Notes: generated by a model not told the origin, from the sequence alone. Numbered from the stretch's first letter, positions 51,031 to 64,000 are shown. The stretch is DNA of 64,000 bases from Callorhinchus milii (GCF_018977255.1 NW_024704747.1:19592001-19656000), one strand, 5' to 3'. Numbers and translations: made by a program.

Positions 51031-53005
51031 ATGTGCTGTGTGTTTTGTGCACTTGTTCTCGTTATCTCACACTCCTAGAGAATTAACAATTGTATAACAT
51101 ATGATTTTCTATATTATAAAATCTCTCTATATATATATAAATGCACATAGGAGCAGTAGAATTGGTAATATTGTCACACAACTACTTTTTTTCCACACAC
51201 ACTGACAAAACTTTAATACTTCACATGAAATTGATATGATAGAATCTAGTTTCTGAAGAGCAAAGGCACTATATATATCATAAATCAATAACCAGGATAT
51301 ATTCCTTCACCCAGATTGTTGTGAGAATATGGACCAGAGGTCCAAAGGTGCAGGATCAACTGATCTATTAAAAGAAGATGGATACCTACTTGGGATGTAA
51401 GGGAACAAAAGGATGAGGAGAAGAGCCAACGTAATTAGATTTAAAGAGATGCCATGATTTCAAAAAATGGTGGAGCAGACTGAATAGGAACGTGGTTTTA
51501 ACAACAACACAACAACTTGCACTTATACAGTTCCCTCCATGCAGGGTAGCATCTCAGAGCGCTTAACATTGACGGAGCCTGATTCCGAGCCGGGGGAGGC
51601 GAGGTGGCCATCACATCTTTCTGAACACTGTGGCTGAGATTCTTCCCATTCAGCTCCTGTTAATCTTGCATGCCAAAGCCTAATGGGTAGGATGGTCCTA
51701 GCTGGACAAGCAGCGGGAAGCTTGTCAGATAGTGCTCTTAACTTGAATTCCAGCAGTAACCCCAAAGCACAGTATGGGGTCCCCAAGCCTTAGCTCTCGT
51801 CCACCGACATGTGATTATAGAATTAGGCAAACAGGATGTGTCCCTCGATGAGAGAGTGCCATTCCATTTCAGACACAGGAAACTTATATGGGTAGGTGAC
51901 ATACATATGTGAAAGCCTTTATCCGGGTTGGATGATCTTTAGCATGGTGATGCATTTTGTGTGCACTAATCTACCTTCAGGTGTAGAAAGTAAATGAGAA
52001 GTAAACAAAAGACACTAAGCTTTCACATTGAATATTGGCTTAAGATTCATATTTTCAGGCAATGAGTGGAGAAGATCTTTTTCTGAATATAGCTGGCATT
52101 TCAGTCATCTTCCATTCCATTGTCCAGATGAAAGTTGAAATGCTCACTGTTTTGCTATCAATACTAACTGTAGCAGAAGAACTCCTCCAAGCATACAGTT
52201 GTCAGAGCCTTCAACGTTCATGTGGGATGGCAGCTTTTCCTCCAAAATCTCAGCACAGAAAAACATCAAGAATTTACTATTGACAACAAAACAAACAACA
52301 ACACAATTGAGTCTGGCAACTGCATATCGTCTACGTTTTTAGATATGTGAATTTATGGATATGACATGCAAATTAAACTTTTCAGTTAATGGAACCTGTT
52401 CACAAGTGTAATTGCTTTCCGAGCCAACACATTTGGCTTTTCTACTATAACCTGTGTCCACACTTGTGGCAACATAAAGGCTGTAAATAAACACTGGGGT
52501 TAAATCTGCTCAAAGTGTATGAAAAGCAATGAGTAAGTTAACGGTTATTTAATACTAAGCAGTTATTGTGTTTTTTTTACTGATTTCCAATTTTTTGCAC
52601 CTAAAAATGGACTTTGGAATTTTTCAGACACAATTTTTACACATGTAAAATGATCTAATCAAATTTAGAAGCGTTTTAGTGTCTTCATGTGAATAAGTAA
52701 CAATAGTATGAGTTTATATGCTTTGGAAAAAAGCAGAGCATATGAACTCATATTATTGTTACCTATTCACACCCAACAATTCTAAACTTTAAAAAGAATG
52801 CTTAAACAAGGGTTAGGGGGTATGTCCATTTATTTCTGATCATTTGATTATTCTCTACGATGCAATAGGTTTAACATCATGATGTTATGTAGTGCTAGTC
52901 ATATAATTTTCCTATAAATCAATGAATCGCATGATATAATAGTCAATTGAAGGAGTTTTATGAGGTTCAGAAATATATCAGCTTGACTTGATTTTAAACA
53001 TGGGA

Positions 53006-53040
53006 TAGAAATCCCTCATACGTCTGAAAGATCCAATTGT
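53006..53040 (-). pseudogene. Orphan 35-nt exon-3 end fragment
   Basis: Encodes [11 protein letters not shown]; 31 nt are identical to 75-105; lies about 95 nt downstream of the gene 11 stop. Confidence 0.6.
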
Positions 53041-53135
53041 TTACAAGGAAATTCAAACAACGAAAGTAATAGCCAATAACTTTATTCATGTTTATTGTTA
53101 TTTCATGAAGGCAAATAAAATTCTTCAAGACTAAT

Positions 53136-54884
53136 TTAGAAGGAATCCCTCATGCGTCTGAAAGATCCAATAGTTGAGCTGGAAGCGCCCCAGTCGCTGA
53201 ATCGCCTGTACTCTCCGGGTCTCATGAAGTACTGGCGGCCTCTGTAGTTGGGCTGATCGTACATGGTCCAGTAGCCGTCCATCACGTTGCAGGAGTGGAT
53301 GTCACGGTAGCGGAAACGGTCATAGACGGATGGGCAATCATCCATGAATTCCATCATCTGTCCTCCAAAGTCAGGTCTCTCGTACACCCTCATTCTGTAG
53401 GAGTCACCTCTGTACTGCAATATAGAAACACAACATTTGTGATGCAGCTGTGTCCATATCTAGGTTAATATAGAGAACTGAAAGGAAGTGATCACAATAA
53501 TGATCACTGCTAAATGAAGATTTTAATCATGAAAACAAAACAGTAATCTAATGCAAGAAAATGTATAAAATGTAGAACATCTTTAGATTGTTTGAATAAA
53601 CAACAACAACAAAATTACATATGTATAGCACCTTTCACGTTGGGAGGATGTCCCAAGGCTCCAGACAGACAGAGTTACGGACCCTAGCTGGGGGACGGGC
53701 TCGGGGAGGGTGGAAGACAGGGGTGGAAGCACGTTCAAAGAGGGGGGTCTTGAGATAGGTCTTGAAAGTGGCAATGAAGAGGGCGAGGCGGAGGGATTGC
53801 GTGATGGCATTCCAGAGGGTGGGGGCAGAGTGGCAGAAGGCGCGCCTGCCAATAGTGGGGCGAGCGAGGCGGGGGACGTGAAGCAGGCCGGAGTCCACTG
53901 AGCAGAGGGAGCGAGCAACAACAACAACAACAACAAGATTCCATTTATAGAGCGCCTTTCACGTCGGGAGGACGTCCCAAGGCACTGTACAGTTGGGTCA
54001 GGACCCGAGCAGGGGAGAAATGGTCAGGGTGAGGGGAGGGAAGGGAGGGAGTGAGGAGGGTGTAGAGAGTCGAGAGGGGAGCTGAAGGCACGGTCAAAGA
54101 GAAAGGTCTTGAGACCGGCCTTGAAGGAGGAAAGGGAGGAGGCAAGGCGAAGGCACTGGGAGATAGAGTTCCAGAGCCTAGGGGCTGAAATGCTGAAGGA
54201 TGGTAGGGCGGTTGGGGCGGGGGATGTGGAGCAGACCAGAGCCAGAGGAACGGAGGGTACGGGCAGGATGGTAGGGGGTTAGGAGGTCGCAGAGGTAGGG
54301 GGGAGCAAGAACAAGGAGGGCTTTGAAGGTGAGGACCAGGATCTTGAACGGTATCCTCTGTGTGATGGGAAGCCAGTGGAGTTGGGCAAGGATGGGGGCG
54401 ATAGGGTCACAGAGCCTAGTGTGGAAGAGGACAGGGGCTGGGAGTTCCGGATGATCTGCAACCTATAGAGGGAGGAGGAGGGAGGAGGGAAGAATAAATT
54501 ATTCATGATTATAAATGACATGAAAACTGTGACTTACGTATGGGTAGGTACGGCATGATCTGATGCTGTCATTGAAGCCCATCCAGCGCTGGTAGTCAGG
54601 ATACTCTCCCCTGGTCAGAACGTACTGGTATCCCATGTAATTGGGTCTCTCGTACAGAACCCAGTAGTCACTGTCAACACGGATGGAGTTACAGCGGCTG
54701 AAGTAAGACTGCAGGTCGGCACAGTCAGAGCTGCACTCATAGTGCCGTCCCTGGAAGTTCCTGTCCTCGTAAAAGATGATCTGAAAAAAACACACAAGTT
54801 CAGTCGGTAATTTATCACATTCAAAGATCTGTGCTATGAACTATGTACAATTTGCAAAATAAAGTTTGGCCTTACTTTTCCCAT
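53136..54884 (-). CDS. Gamma-crystallin gene 11, exons 54876-54884, 54538-54780, 53136-53414; 176 aa
   Basis: Intact exons, GT-AG; exon 1 is ATG GGA AAA; L2 fragments in intron 2. Confidence 0.95.
53598..54490 (-). mobile_element. Two nested L2 3' fragments in intron 2 of gene 11
   Basis: Two (TTG)n tails (about 53598 and 53917) and two terminal stem-loops. Confidence 0.85.
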
Positions 54885-56467
54885 TTTGAGCTCACAGTTA
54901 ACTCAGCAACTGAGTGGATGTGCCATTGCTTCCCACAGCCTGGTATTTATACACTGGACAGAGAGGACACAGCGAGGAATACTTTTGTTATTCTAATGAC
55001 TTAGTTCTGATCATCAGCAAAAAAAAACAAATGCCCCATTGCAGAAAATCACCTGTATTTACATCTACAAAGGCATCATCCATCCTTTTCATTTTGCTTT
55101 CACATCATTCACATTGTTCGGTGACATTGTTCTGTGGCAACAAGCATTCAAATGTTAAATTCAAACTCTGTTGAGTTTGCTCTTTCTGAGAAATACTTAT
55201 TGATATTTAAATAAAATTATCTTTACAAAGCGTAATTAACAATCATATGTTTTTGCGGAATGACTTTAAGCATTTCCACAGTGTGGATTGTATCAGAATT
55301 AGATGTTTCATGCGCTGTGTGTTTTTTGCCTTCGTTCTCATTGTCTCGGATTCCTACAACATGTGACCATTCTCGTTATTGTTGTCCAGGTCACTGTAAA
55401 GTGTCATCTGACTATGTTCAAACAATACATTGTTCAGTCTGAAACTAGATGTTTGATTCCAGGCAATTTCCGATCACTCAGTTTTCCTCTAATTGTCTAT
55501 TTCCGAAGGTCACGCTTTAGAAAGCTCACTACCCTGGTTCTATTCCTCTAAAAGCTCTTCTGCCTCTTGCTCCTTCTTCTTCCCAGTGAACGGTCACGTA
55601 TGATGTTCCTAAGGGCTCCATATTCAAACCTCTCTTTGCACTTCTCTGCATGTTTCCCCTTGATAGCAGGATGTGTAGGCATCGGGTTCATAGTTCAAAA
55701 CTATCGCAAGGTTTAGTATAATGTTATATTAGAATCTTTCAGCTAAACTTGAATCTTTCAGCTAAACTTGCTAAAGTAAGTGCTGCTCTTGGATTTCATC
55801 AGAACTCGAATCAGTATTTTGTGCATTTTGATCAGGGAGAAATGGATGCAATGTTCAAAAGTTACCTTTGAGAGTGATAATTTGGGGGCATTTTATACAC
55901 AGAATTTTTAATATTTAGGAAAGAAAAAATGCTTCTATTATGTTTCTGCCTTTCGTTTGGGAATGGAGTATTTTATGCTCAACTCTCAGAAGCTTTATAG
56001 TCTAACCAGAAGCGTAAAATAGTAGAATCCAGCGGGATGAAATCTATCTTAATTAGTATCATTATTAATGCTAACTGCAGTAACTTTCAAAGCACTTGTC
56101 TTGCTAAGACCACCCTAGATATTATGCCTCCTTGGATTCCTCCATCAAGCTTTATAACAACATTCAATGATAGTTTCTGGATATACTTTATTGATAATTG
56201 CAGCGTCGCCAAATGGACTGAGTGAAAACCCCTGTGATTTCAACTTGATCCATCCCGATATGAACCTTTTGATCCTAATGTCAAACTTCATCTGACTGAG
56301 TTGAACAACTTCATTAGTAAAATGGTCACAGAACTACATGTTCGATTGATTCACTTTAAGAATTTCAATTGTTCAGTTGTTCACGTGAAAGAGATATAGT
56401 GAATTTTGGTTTACTGCAGTATCTGTGTCTAATGTCTCTGAAAGAGTAAACTATATATGATAGATCA

Positions 56468-56918
56468 GCCTGGCACAGTTGGCAGCAATCTTGCCAGTCA
56501 TACTCTTGCCTCTGAGTTAGAAGATTATGGGTTCAAGCCCCACATTGGACATTGATCACACATTGGCTAGGTTGGCAGTTTAATGCTGTGCTGGTGTTGT
56601 TTTGCATTTTGTGTTGGAAAGAGGTGCATTTTTCAAATCAGACTTTAAACTGAAATTCTGTCTGCAGGGTCAGTTGGACGTTAAATATCCTGTGGCACCA
56701 TTTGAAAAGAAAAGGTGTCCTGGCTAACAAATCCCCCAAATTAAATCAGTTATTCATTTCTTGGTTGTTGGTGGGACATGGCTGTGTGTAAAATTGGTTA
56801 CCATTAATTTTACAAATACAGAGGCACAACACTTCATAGCTTATCCTGAGAAGTTCTTTAAGACGTCTCCATGTGGTGCTGTATCAAATGCACAGATTAT
56901 TATTTTGTTATTATTATT
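56468..56918 (+). mobile_element. Deu-domain SINE, degenerate
   Basis: ctcttgcctctgagttagaagattatgggttcaagcccc head, Deu-like core, (TTA)n tail; related to 3420-3990. Confidence 0.65.
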
Positions 56919-57379
56919 AGATCAATAACCATATTCCTTCATCTGAAGGGTTGTGAGAATGCGGAACACACTGCCCAGGAGTCATAGATGGTAAAGAGCA
57001 GAGGAGTGACCACTTGAGATATAAGGGTATTAAGAGGTATGGAGAAAAGGCATGTTAATGGGATTTAAATATATACCGTGTACTTAAAATCTTGAACAGG
57101 AGAATCAATGGCTTCAGTTCCAAGTTCTGAAAACTTCAAGTTTGTAAGTCTGTCTGTTTTGTATTATGTAATCCTCTTTGGTGGGATTTGTTTCTATCTG
57201 TTCAATGTGAAGGTGTTCATGTGTGCATGTGACGGTACAATGTGGAATATCAGAAGAAACATAATTATGTACTCTGTTATTCAGTTTCCACGAAAACCAA
57301 AACAATGAAGGTAATAGCCAAGAATTTTATTGATGTTTAGGTCACTTCATGAACTGAAATAAAATTCTGCAGGATCAAA

Positions 57380-58598
57380 TTAGCAGGAATCCCTCATGCG
57401 TCTGAAAGATCCAATAGTTGAGCTGGAAGCGCCCCAGTCGCTGAATCGCCTGTACTCTCCGGGTCTCACGAAGTACTGGCGGCCTCTGTAGTTGGGCTGA
57501 TCATACATGGTCCAGTAGCCGTCCATCACGTTGCAGGAGTGGATGTCACGGTAGCGGAAACGGTCATAGACGGATGGGCAGTCATCCATGAATTCCATCA
57601 TCTGTCCTCCAAAGTCAGGTCTCTCGTACACCCTCATTTTGTAGGAGCCACCTCTGTGCTGGAGTACCGAAACAGAATATTTGTGATGAGGCAACGAACA
57701 TATCCACATTAATATCAAGTATTGTGTTTTATCGTGTACTGAGCAGTAGAGCCATAGGACAAGGCCTGCGTCCGAAGTGGGGTAAATTCAGAAAACATAT
57801 CTGTGAAAACACTACTTCAGTGAGTGAGTCGTAAGCCTATGGAACAGGCTCTCTAGGGAGATGGTGGAAGCAGAAAGTGTTGTTTTTTCAAGAACAAATT
57901 AGGTAGATTTCTGCTAGAAAACAATCTCGCGATAAAGAATATAGTTTGGGACACGACATGTCAAGCTAGTGCCATGATGGATGAGGGCATACTGGATGAA
58001 CCTTTCGCCTAGCTTATTCTTATGTTCTTGGGTAGACTGTGCAACAATTAAATCCTATTAATTCATTTTTGAGGTGAAAGGTGAATTAGACATCATAGTC
58101 AATTGCGAATAATAAGATAAAAGGGGAATCAGGTGAATTATTTACATTAAAGGCAAGAGCTGATTTATAATGAATTAGTGGCACACAACGTCTCCAAGTT
58201 ATGTGTGCAACTAATTCAAGGTTATTAATAACATTAAAACTGTGACTTACATATGGGTAGGTACGGCATGATCTGATGTTGTCATTATAGCCCATCCAGC
58301 GCTGGTAGTCAGGATACTCTCCCCTGGTCAGAACGTACTGGTATCCCATGTAATTGGGTCTCTCGTACAGAACCCAGTAGTCACTGTCAACACGGATGGA
58401 GTTGCAGCGGCTGAAGTAAGACTGCAGGTCGGCACAGTCAGTGCCGCACTCATAGTGCCGTCCCTGGAAGTTCCTGTCCTCGTAAAAGATGATCTGAAAA
58501 AAGACACAAGTTCAGTCAGTAATTTATCACATTCAGAGATCTGTGCTGTGAACTGTAAATACAACGTGAGAAATAAAAGTTGGCCTTACCTTTCCCAT
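57380..58598 (-). CDS. Gamma-crystallin gene 12, exons 58590-58598, 58251-58493, 57380-57658; 176 aa
   Basis: Intact exons, GT-AG; ends RRMRDSC-TAA; CR1 3' fragment at about 57800-58030 in intron 2. Confidence 0.95.
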
Positions 58599-59991
58599 TT
58601 TGAGCTCACAGTTAACTCAGCAACTGAGTGGATGTGCCATTGCTTCCCACAGCCTGGTATTTATACACTGGACAGAGAGGACACTCTGAGGAATACTTTT
58701 GTTATTATAATGACTCGGGTCTGATCATCAGCAAAAAAAGTTACAAAACAATCCCCCTGCCTATTGCAGAGAAACACCTATATTCACATCTACAGCCTGA
58801 TCATCCATCCTTTTCATTTTGCTTTCACATCATTTACATTGTTCTGTGACAACAAAAATTCAAATGTTAAATTCAAATTCTATTGAGTTTGCTGTTTCTG
58901 TGAAATGTTTAATGGTATTTAAACAAAATAATCTTTATAAAATGCAATCAGCAAATTGTATGTTTTTGTGAAATTATTTTAAACATTTACCCAACACGTG
59001 GAATATTAGAATTAGATATTTGATGTGCTGTGTGGTTTGTGACCACTCTAAGTATTGTTGTTCGGATCAATGTAGAGTGTCACCTGACTCTGTTGCAGCT
59101 CTTTAAACTGTACACTATTTAGCCTGCGTGTTTCCAGATACTTTCCCATCGCTCACCTTTCCTCTACTCGATTATCTCTCACAGTCACGGTTTATATAGC
59201 TTCTCTGTACTTTTTTGGTTCCACTTTTCTAACGTTTTTTCCTTCTGCTCTCATGCAGGGTCATATATGGTGTTCCTGAGAGCAGTACCCTGAGCCTTTC
59301 ATTTTACTTGTCTACGTGCATTATCTCTGGGACGCTGCCCCATGTGAAGGGCACTATATAAATGCAAGTTGTTGTTGTTGATCCGCAGGCCTGGGGTTCG
59401 CTATAATATACACCTAAATGACATCCAACTCAACATTTCATACTTATATGCTCTGTATCAATTTACATGGTTTTATTATATTACAGTGCTTCAATTGATC
59501 CTGAGGTACATCAAAGAAAATGCTGCTTTTGGATTATACCAGGCCTCAAACCTTTTTGATCAACTAGTACGCTCTTGAAATAGTTACTTTCTCCGAGGGA
59601 ATGCAAAGCATTAGATTGAAGATCCCGGCATCCATGAATACCCAAATCAATAAAACAACTGGAGTGGTTGAGACTTGTCCATACAGATAATATTTATGTT
59701 GGTTTACCATGTCTTTCCAGTAAAACAAATTTGATGCCTTAAAGATAGAGGAATATAGATTGGTGACGTGCCATGTAACATTTATGTGAAAGAAATAGTT
59801 TAGAAGCTTTGGTAAAGGAGGTTATCCACAAATCCAATTGGTGAGGTTGGATGATTATGAAATCCAATAGTTTATTTGAATTTACTAGTAATGTTACAAA
59901 TGAAAGGGCAAAAGTTACAATCATTATTTCAGATCAATTCAGTTGCTTCTAGAAGGCTTCCAAATAAACTGTTCGCATTCTCAATCTAAGG

Positions 59992-60187
59992 CATTGGTGA
60001 CCAACCTTTATGGTCAGCCAACACATTTTCTGATTGAATATTTTTGGATTTATGCCATAAATTAAAATATTTTTTAATAGAGAAAAATCTGAAAACACAC
60101 TACACATTGAACAAGAATTTACCTAGACTCGTGTGAATGTTTGGGAAGGTCGCTTTTAGCCCATGGGCCACAGTTTGGCCACCACTG
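59992..60187. mobile_element. Non-autonomous hAT (Charlie-like) MITE, 196 bp
   Basis: Imperfect TIRs CATTGGTGACCAACCT / CAGTGGTGGCCAAACT; 8-bp TSD ATCTAAGG at 59984-59991 and 60188-60195. Confidence 0.8.
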
Positions 60188-63032
60188 ATCTAAGGAGTAG
60201 TTAAAATATGGAATGCCCTGCCGGGAAGCAGTGGTTGTGGCAGAATTCACATCAGTTTTCAATAGAGAACTAGATAAACACTTTTAAAAGATGGGTTTGG
60301 GGAAAGGGCAGGTAATGGCATTGAAAAGTTTGCTATTAAAGGAGCTCATCATTTATTGTTCTGAGACAACAAAAAATCCTGTTGTTAAACTTCCAACTTT
60401 GTTGAATTTACTGTTTCTGTGATTTTTTTTAGTGATATGTATCTTCAAAGTTATCTTCATAAAATGTTCAGTAATCAGTAGGTGATACATCTTTTTAATC
60501 AATTAGTTGAATTCTACAACACATGGAGTATTAGAATTAGATCTTTCATTCGCTGTGTTTTGTGTTCTTGTTTCATTGACTCGGATTCTCATACAATACA
60601 ACAAAAAATTACATTTGTATAATTCCTTTCATGTCTGGAGGACCATTCTCATTCTTGTCCGTATCACTGCAGAGCAGTTTGACTTTGTTGCTTATCTTTC
60701 ACTGTGATGATCTATACAGCTTCACTGCACTTTCCTGGTTACGCTCCCCTTATGACTTCTCTTCTTACCCCTAAACTGTCATATTCCTTAGGGTTCAACC
60801 CTGAATCTTCTTTTTCCTCATCCATCTGCGTCCCATTGGTGAAATCATTCATAGACATGGTGTTCACTTCAGTATGTATGTAGATGACATCCAACCCAAA
60901 TTTGACGTTTTTTGGCTCTATACCAAATGTGAGAATTATGATTATATGACAATACTTTAGCTAAACCTGAGGCAAGTCAAAGGAAGTGCTGTTCTTGGAT
61001 TTCATCAGGCCTAAACCCTATATCTTTCTTATGATTGTTTGACTAATTCAGCAACTTCCTGAAATAGCTCATTCTCCAAGAGAAAAATGGATGCAAAACA
61101 TTAAGTGCACATCCCAGCACTTGGCAAAGGTCAAATCATCAAACAATTCTCAGGATTTATCTATACAGTTAATATTTCTGATGGCTAATGAGTAAGTTTA
61201 ACAGGTCTCCAAAAGCTCTTCAAGTAAAAAAATGTTCATGACTGAAGGATAGATGAATAAGATTGATAAAGGGCCATGTAGCATTAATATGAAGTAAATA
61301 GTTCAGAAGCTTTGGCAAAAGATGTTGTCCACAGATCCATTCGGTGCATTTGGTTGGTTATGGAATCCAATGGTTTACTTGAGTTTTCCAGTAATGTTAT
61401 AAATTGGTCAGAAAAACACTCCCATTCATTATTTCCGATCATTTCAGTTTCCCTTGAAAATGTTCTAATCAGTATTAGTCTTTGACAATTCTTAAAGTTA
61501 GATTTAAGGTTGATCAAAGTGAGGCCAGAAAACATTTCTTCAAACACCGGTTTGTGAGATTGTGGAATGCATGGTGTCAAAAAGATCCCAGGTGCTGACT
61601 CAATTGTGTGTAGTTTCAAAATAAAATAACTGTTCATAAGCCTCCATTTTGGTGATATTTTTAAGCATTTTATATAACTTTAAAATTTCGGAACAGAGAA
61701 ACTTCCAGACAGTTTCTGCCTTTGGTTTGTGAATAGAATATTTCCTGTTTAATTCCTCACCACTTGGATTCCAATTTGAGCTCAGAAGCTCTATGTTCTA
61801 TCCAGAAGAGTAAGATCATAGAACTTCAGTGTAATCAATCAAGCTTGATTCTTTGCCTTATTAATGGTAATTTGGCGGTGAATTTGACAGCTCTTGTCCA
61901 GCGGAGACACCCTATATGTTAGGGCCAAAGGATACATCTGCACCTCACAGATATACTTTATTTATAATTCCTTGGAACGTAAACATTTGAATAAAAACAC
62001 TGTGATTTGAATGTATTTTGTTTCAATTTGAGCTTTTTAGTCCGAATACTCAACAGGCAGAATTAGCCAAAGATGGCGTATACTGATAAGCACAGTGAGA
62101 ATTAATCACTGTATAGCGCATGGATTTTACACATTTTGAAATCTATATCTATAAATAAGAGCAACTGAACAATGTAATTGGTTAGATAGTCAGGTAACTA
62201 CTTTTTCTGCTTTTTTAACATTGGAATTTTTATTTTTCACATGAACTAGATTTGTGCACTGCAGTATTGGTGTGTGAAAGAGCAGAAACTCGATGTATAA
62301 AACCAGGAGATATTCAATCACCCAAACCAGTTATGAGAATGTGGCACAGACGTCAAACGATGCAGAATCAATTGAGTTGTTTAAAGAGTAAATGAATAAC
62401 TTCTTCAGTGTTTTTAATTAACTTTTTTTTAAAGTTAATAAAATTTACTTTTTCAGATGATTTTACCCAAAAATATACAGTCAATTCACTTTACAGTCTA
62501 TGCTGTGAAGCGCTTTGAGACATCTGGAAGACGTGAAAAGTGCTAAATCAAATGCAAGGATTATTATTATTATTATTATGTAATGATGAGGAGAAAGGCT
62601 GACTTTGGGAATTTAAAGATAAACCATAACCGTAAAAATTGGTGGAGCAGACTGAATAGGATACTGGTTTAAGTTACCAGACCTAAAAAATTCCTGAAGA
62701 TAGTAAGTCAGTTTACATTATGCGTTTAATGTAATTGTCCTTGGTAGAATTTGCATCAATCTGATCAGTAATTGAGTGTAAAGTTATTCATAGGACACAC
62801 AACTATGTTCTTCATGGGACACGCAACTATGGACGTCCTCCCGACGTGAAAAGCGCTATATCAAATGCAAGGATTATTATTATTATTATTAAAACATGGA
62901 ATATTAGAAGGAAGCTGGAACACAACAGTTATACAGTTTACATGGAATACCAGACAATGTCGCTTGTATCCAAATGTTTTATTCATGTTTAGTGGCGTTT
63001 CATGAAGGCAAATACAATTCTTCAAGAACTAT

Positions 63033-63943
63033 TTAGAAGAAATCCCTCATACGTCTGAAAGATCCAATAGTTGAGCTGGAAGAGCCCCAGTCGCTGAATC
63101 GCCTGTACTCTCCAGGTCTCATGAAATACTGGCGGCCTCTGTAGTTGGGCTGATCATACATGATCCAGTAGCCATCCATCACGTTGCAGGAGTGGATGTC
63201 ACGGTAGCGGAAACGGTCATAGACGGATGGGCAGTCATCCATGAATTCCATCATCTGTCCTCCAAAGTCAGGTCTCTCATACACCCTCATTCTGTAGGAG
63301 CCACCTCTGTACTGCAATATAGAAACACAACATTTGTGATGCAGCTGTGAATATATGCACATTAGTATAGAGACCTGAAAGGCAGGATGTGATCACAATG
63401 ATGATCAAGTCTTTATGTGATAAAGCAACATATTTCCAGTGAGATTGAACCTGCCCTCAGTAATAATCTTGCCAAGAAGTGCAAATAGAATGTAACAGTT
63501 TTTCCATTACCTAAATTGCCTTTTGAGGTGAAAGTTGAGTAAGACATCAAATCAAGTGGGAATAACCAAACAAAAGGGAACATCAGGATCTATAACATAA
63601 ACACTGAGAGCTGATATATAATGAATTCATGGAACAAAACACTCTAAATTGTTTAACCAAATAAATCAGGCTTATAAATGACTTTGCAACTGTGACTTAC
63701 GTATGGGTATGTACGGCATGATCTGATGCTGTCATTGTAGCCCATCCAGCGCTGGTAGTCAGGATACTCTCCCCTGGTCAGAACGTACTGGTATCCCCTG
63801 TAATTGGGTCTCTCATACAGAACCCAGAAGTCACTCTCAACGCGGATGGAGTTACAGCGGCTGAAGTAAGACTGCAGGTCGGCAGAGTCAGAGCTGCACT
63901 CATAGTGCCGTCCCTGGAAGTTCCTGTCCTCGTAAAAGATGAT
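63033..63943 (-). CDS. Gamma-crystallin gene 13 (partial; exon 1 outside window), exons 63701-63943 and 63033-63311
   Basis: Intact exons 2 and 3 (VESDFW, NYRGY, YWIMY, ends RDFF-TAA); intron 1 runs off the window. Confidence 0.93.
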
Positions 63944-64000
63944 CTGAAAAAAGACACAAGTTCAGTCAGTAATTTATCACATTCAGAGATCTGTGCTGTG

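Noticed and set aside
52062-52283. 73-aa plus-strand ORF after an acceptor-like site
   Set aside because: No recognisable domain and no supporting exon structure.
50680-54260. Inverted pair of similar L2 3' ends flanking gene 11 exon 3 (circRNA idea)
   Set aside because: One copy lies beyond the poly(A) site and a terminal exon has no donor to back-splice.
55732-55769. 19-bp tandem duplication; also AT-rich repeats at 3877-3935 and (TTG)n/(TTA)n runs
   Set aside because: Ordinary slippage products or LINE/SINE tails.

Overview
Eukaryotic (vertebrate) genomic DNA, almost certainly from a cartilaginous fish; the tRNA-derived SINE/L2/CR1 content resembles, from memory, that of holocephalans (inference). 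The window is a head-to-tail tandem cluster of gamma-crystallin genes, all on the minus strand: 12 complete three-exon genes plus a 13th whose exon 1 lies beyond the window end. Each has a 9-nt exon 1 (MGK), a 243-nt exon 2 and a 276/279-nt exon 3, giving 175-176 aa proteins of the shark gamma-crystallin S-1-like type. All reading frames are intact, the exons are nearly identical, and a TATA/Sox/MARE-like promoter is shared. Spacers contain L2, CR1 and Tx1 LINE fragments, tRNA-derived and Deu-domain SINEs, a hAT MITE, and an internally deleted 2.8-kb LTR element with a tRNA-Lys PBS, retrovirus-type RNase H and Gypsy-like integrase. No CRISPR or prokaryotic system is present, and I cannot support a wholly new biological system. 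The best leads are the LTR element, a 43-nt exon-3 copy inserted into one promoter, GC-AG donors in two paralogs, orphan gene-loss scars, and mosaic paralogs. All coordinates and counts were read by eye.
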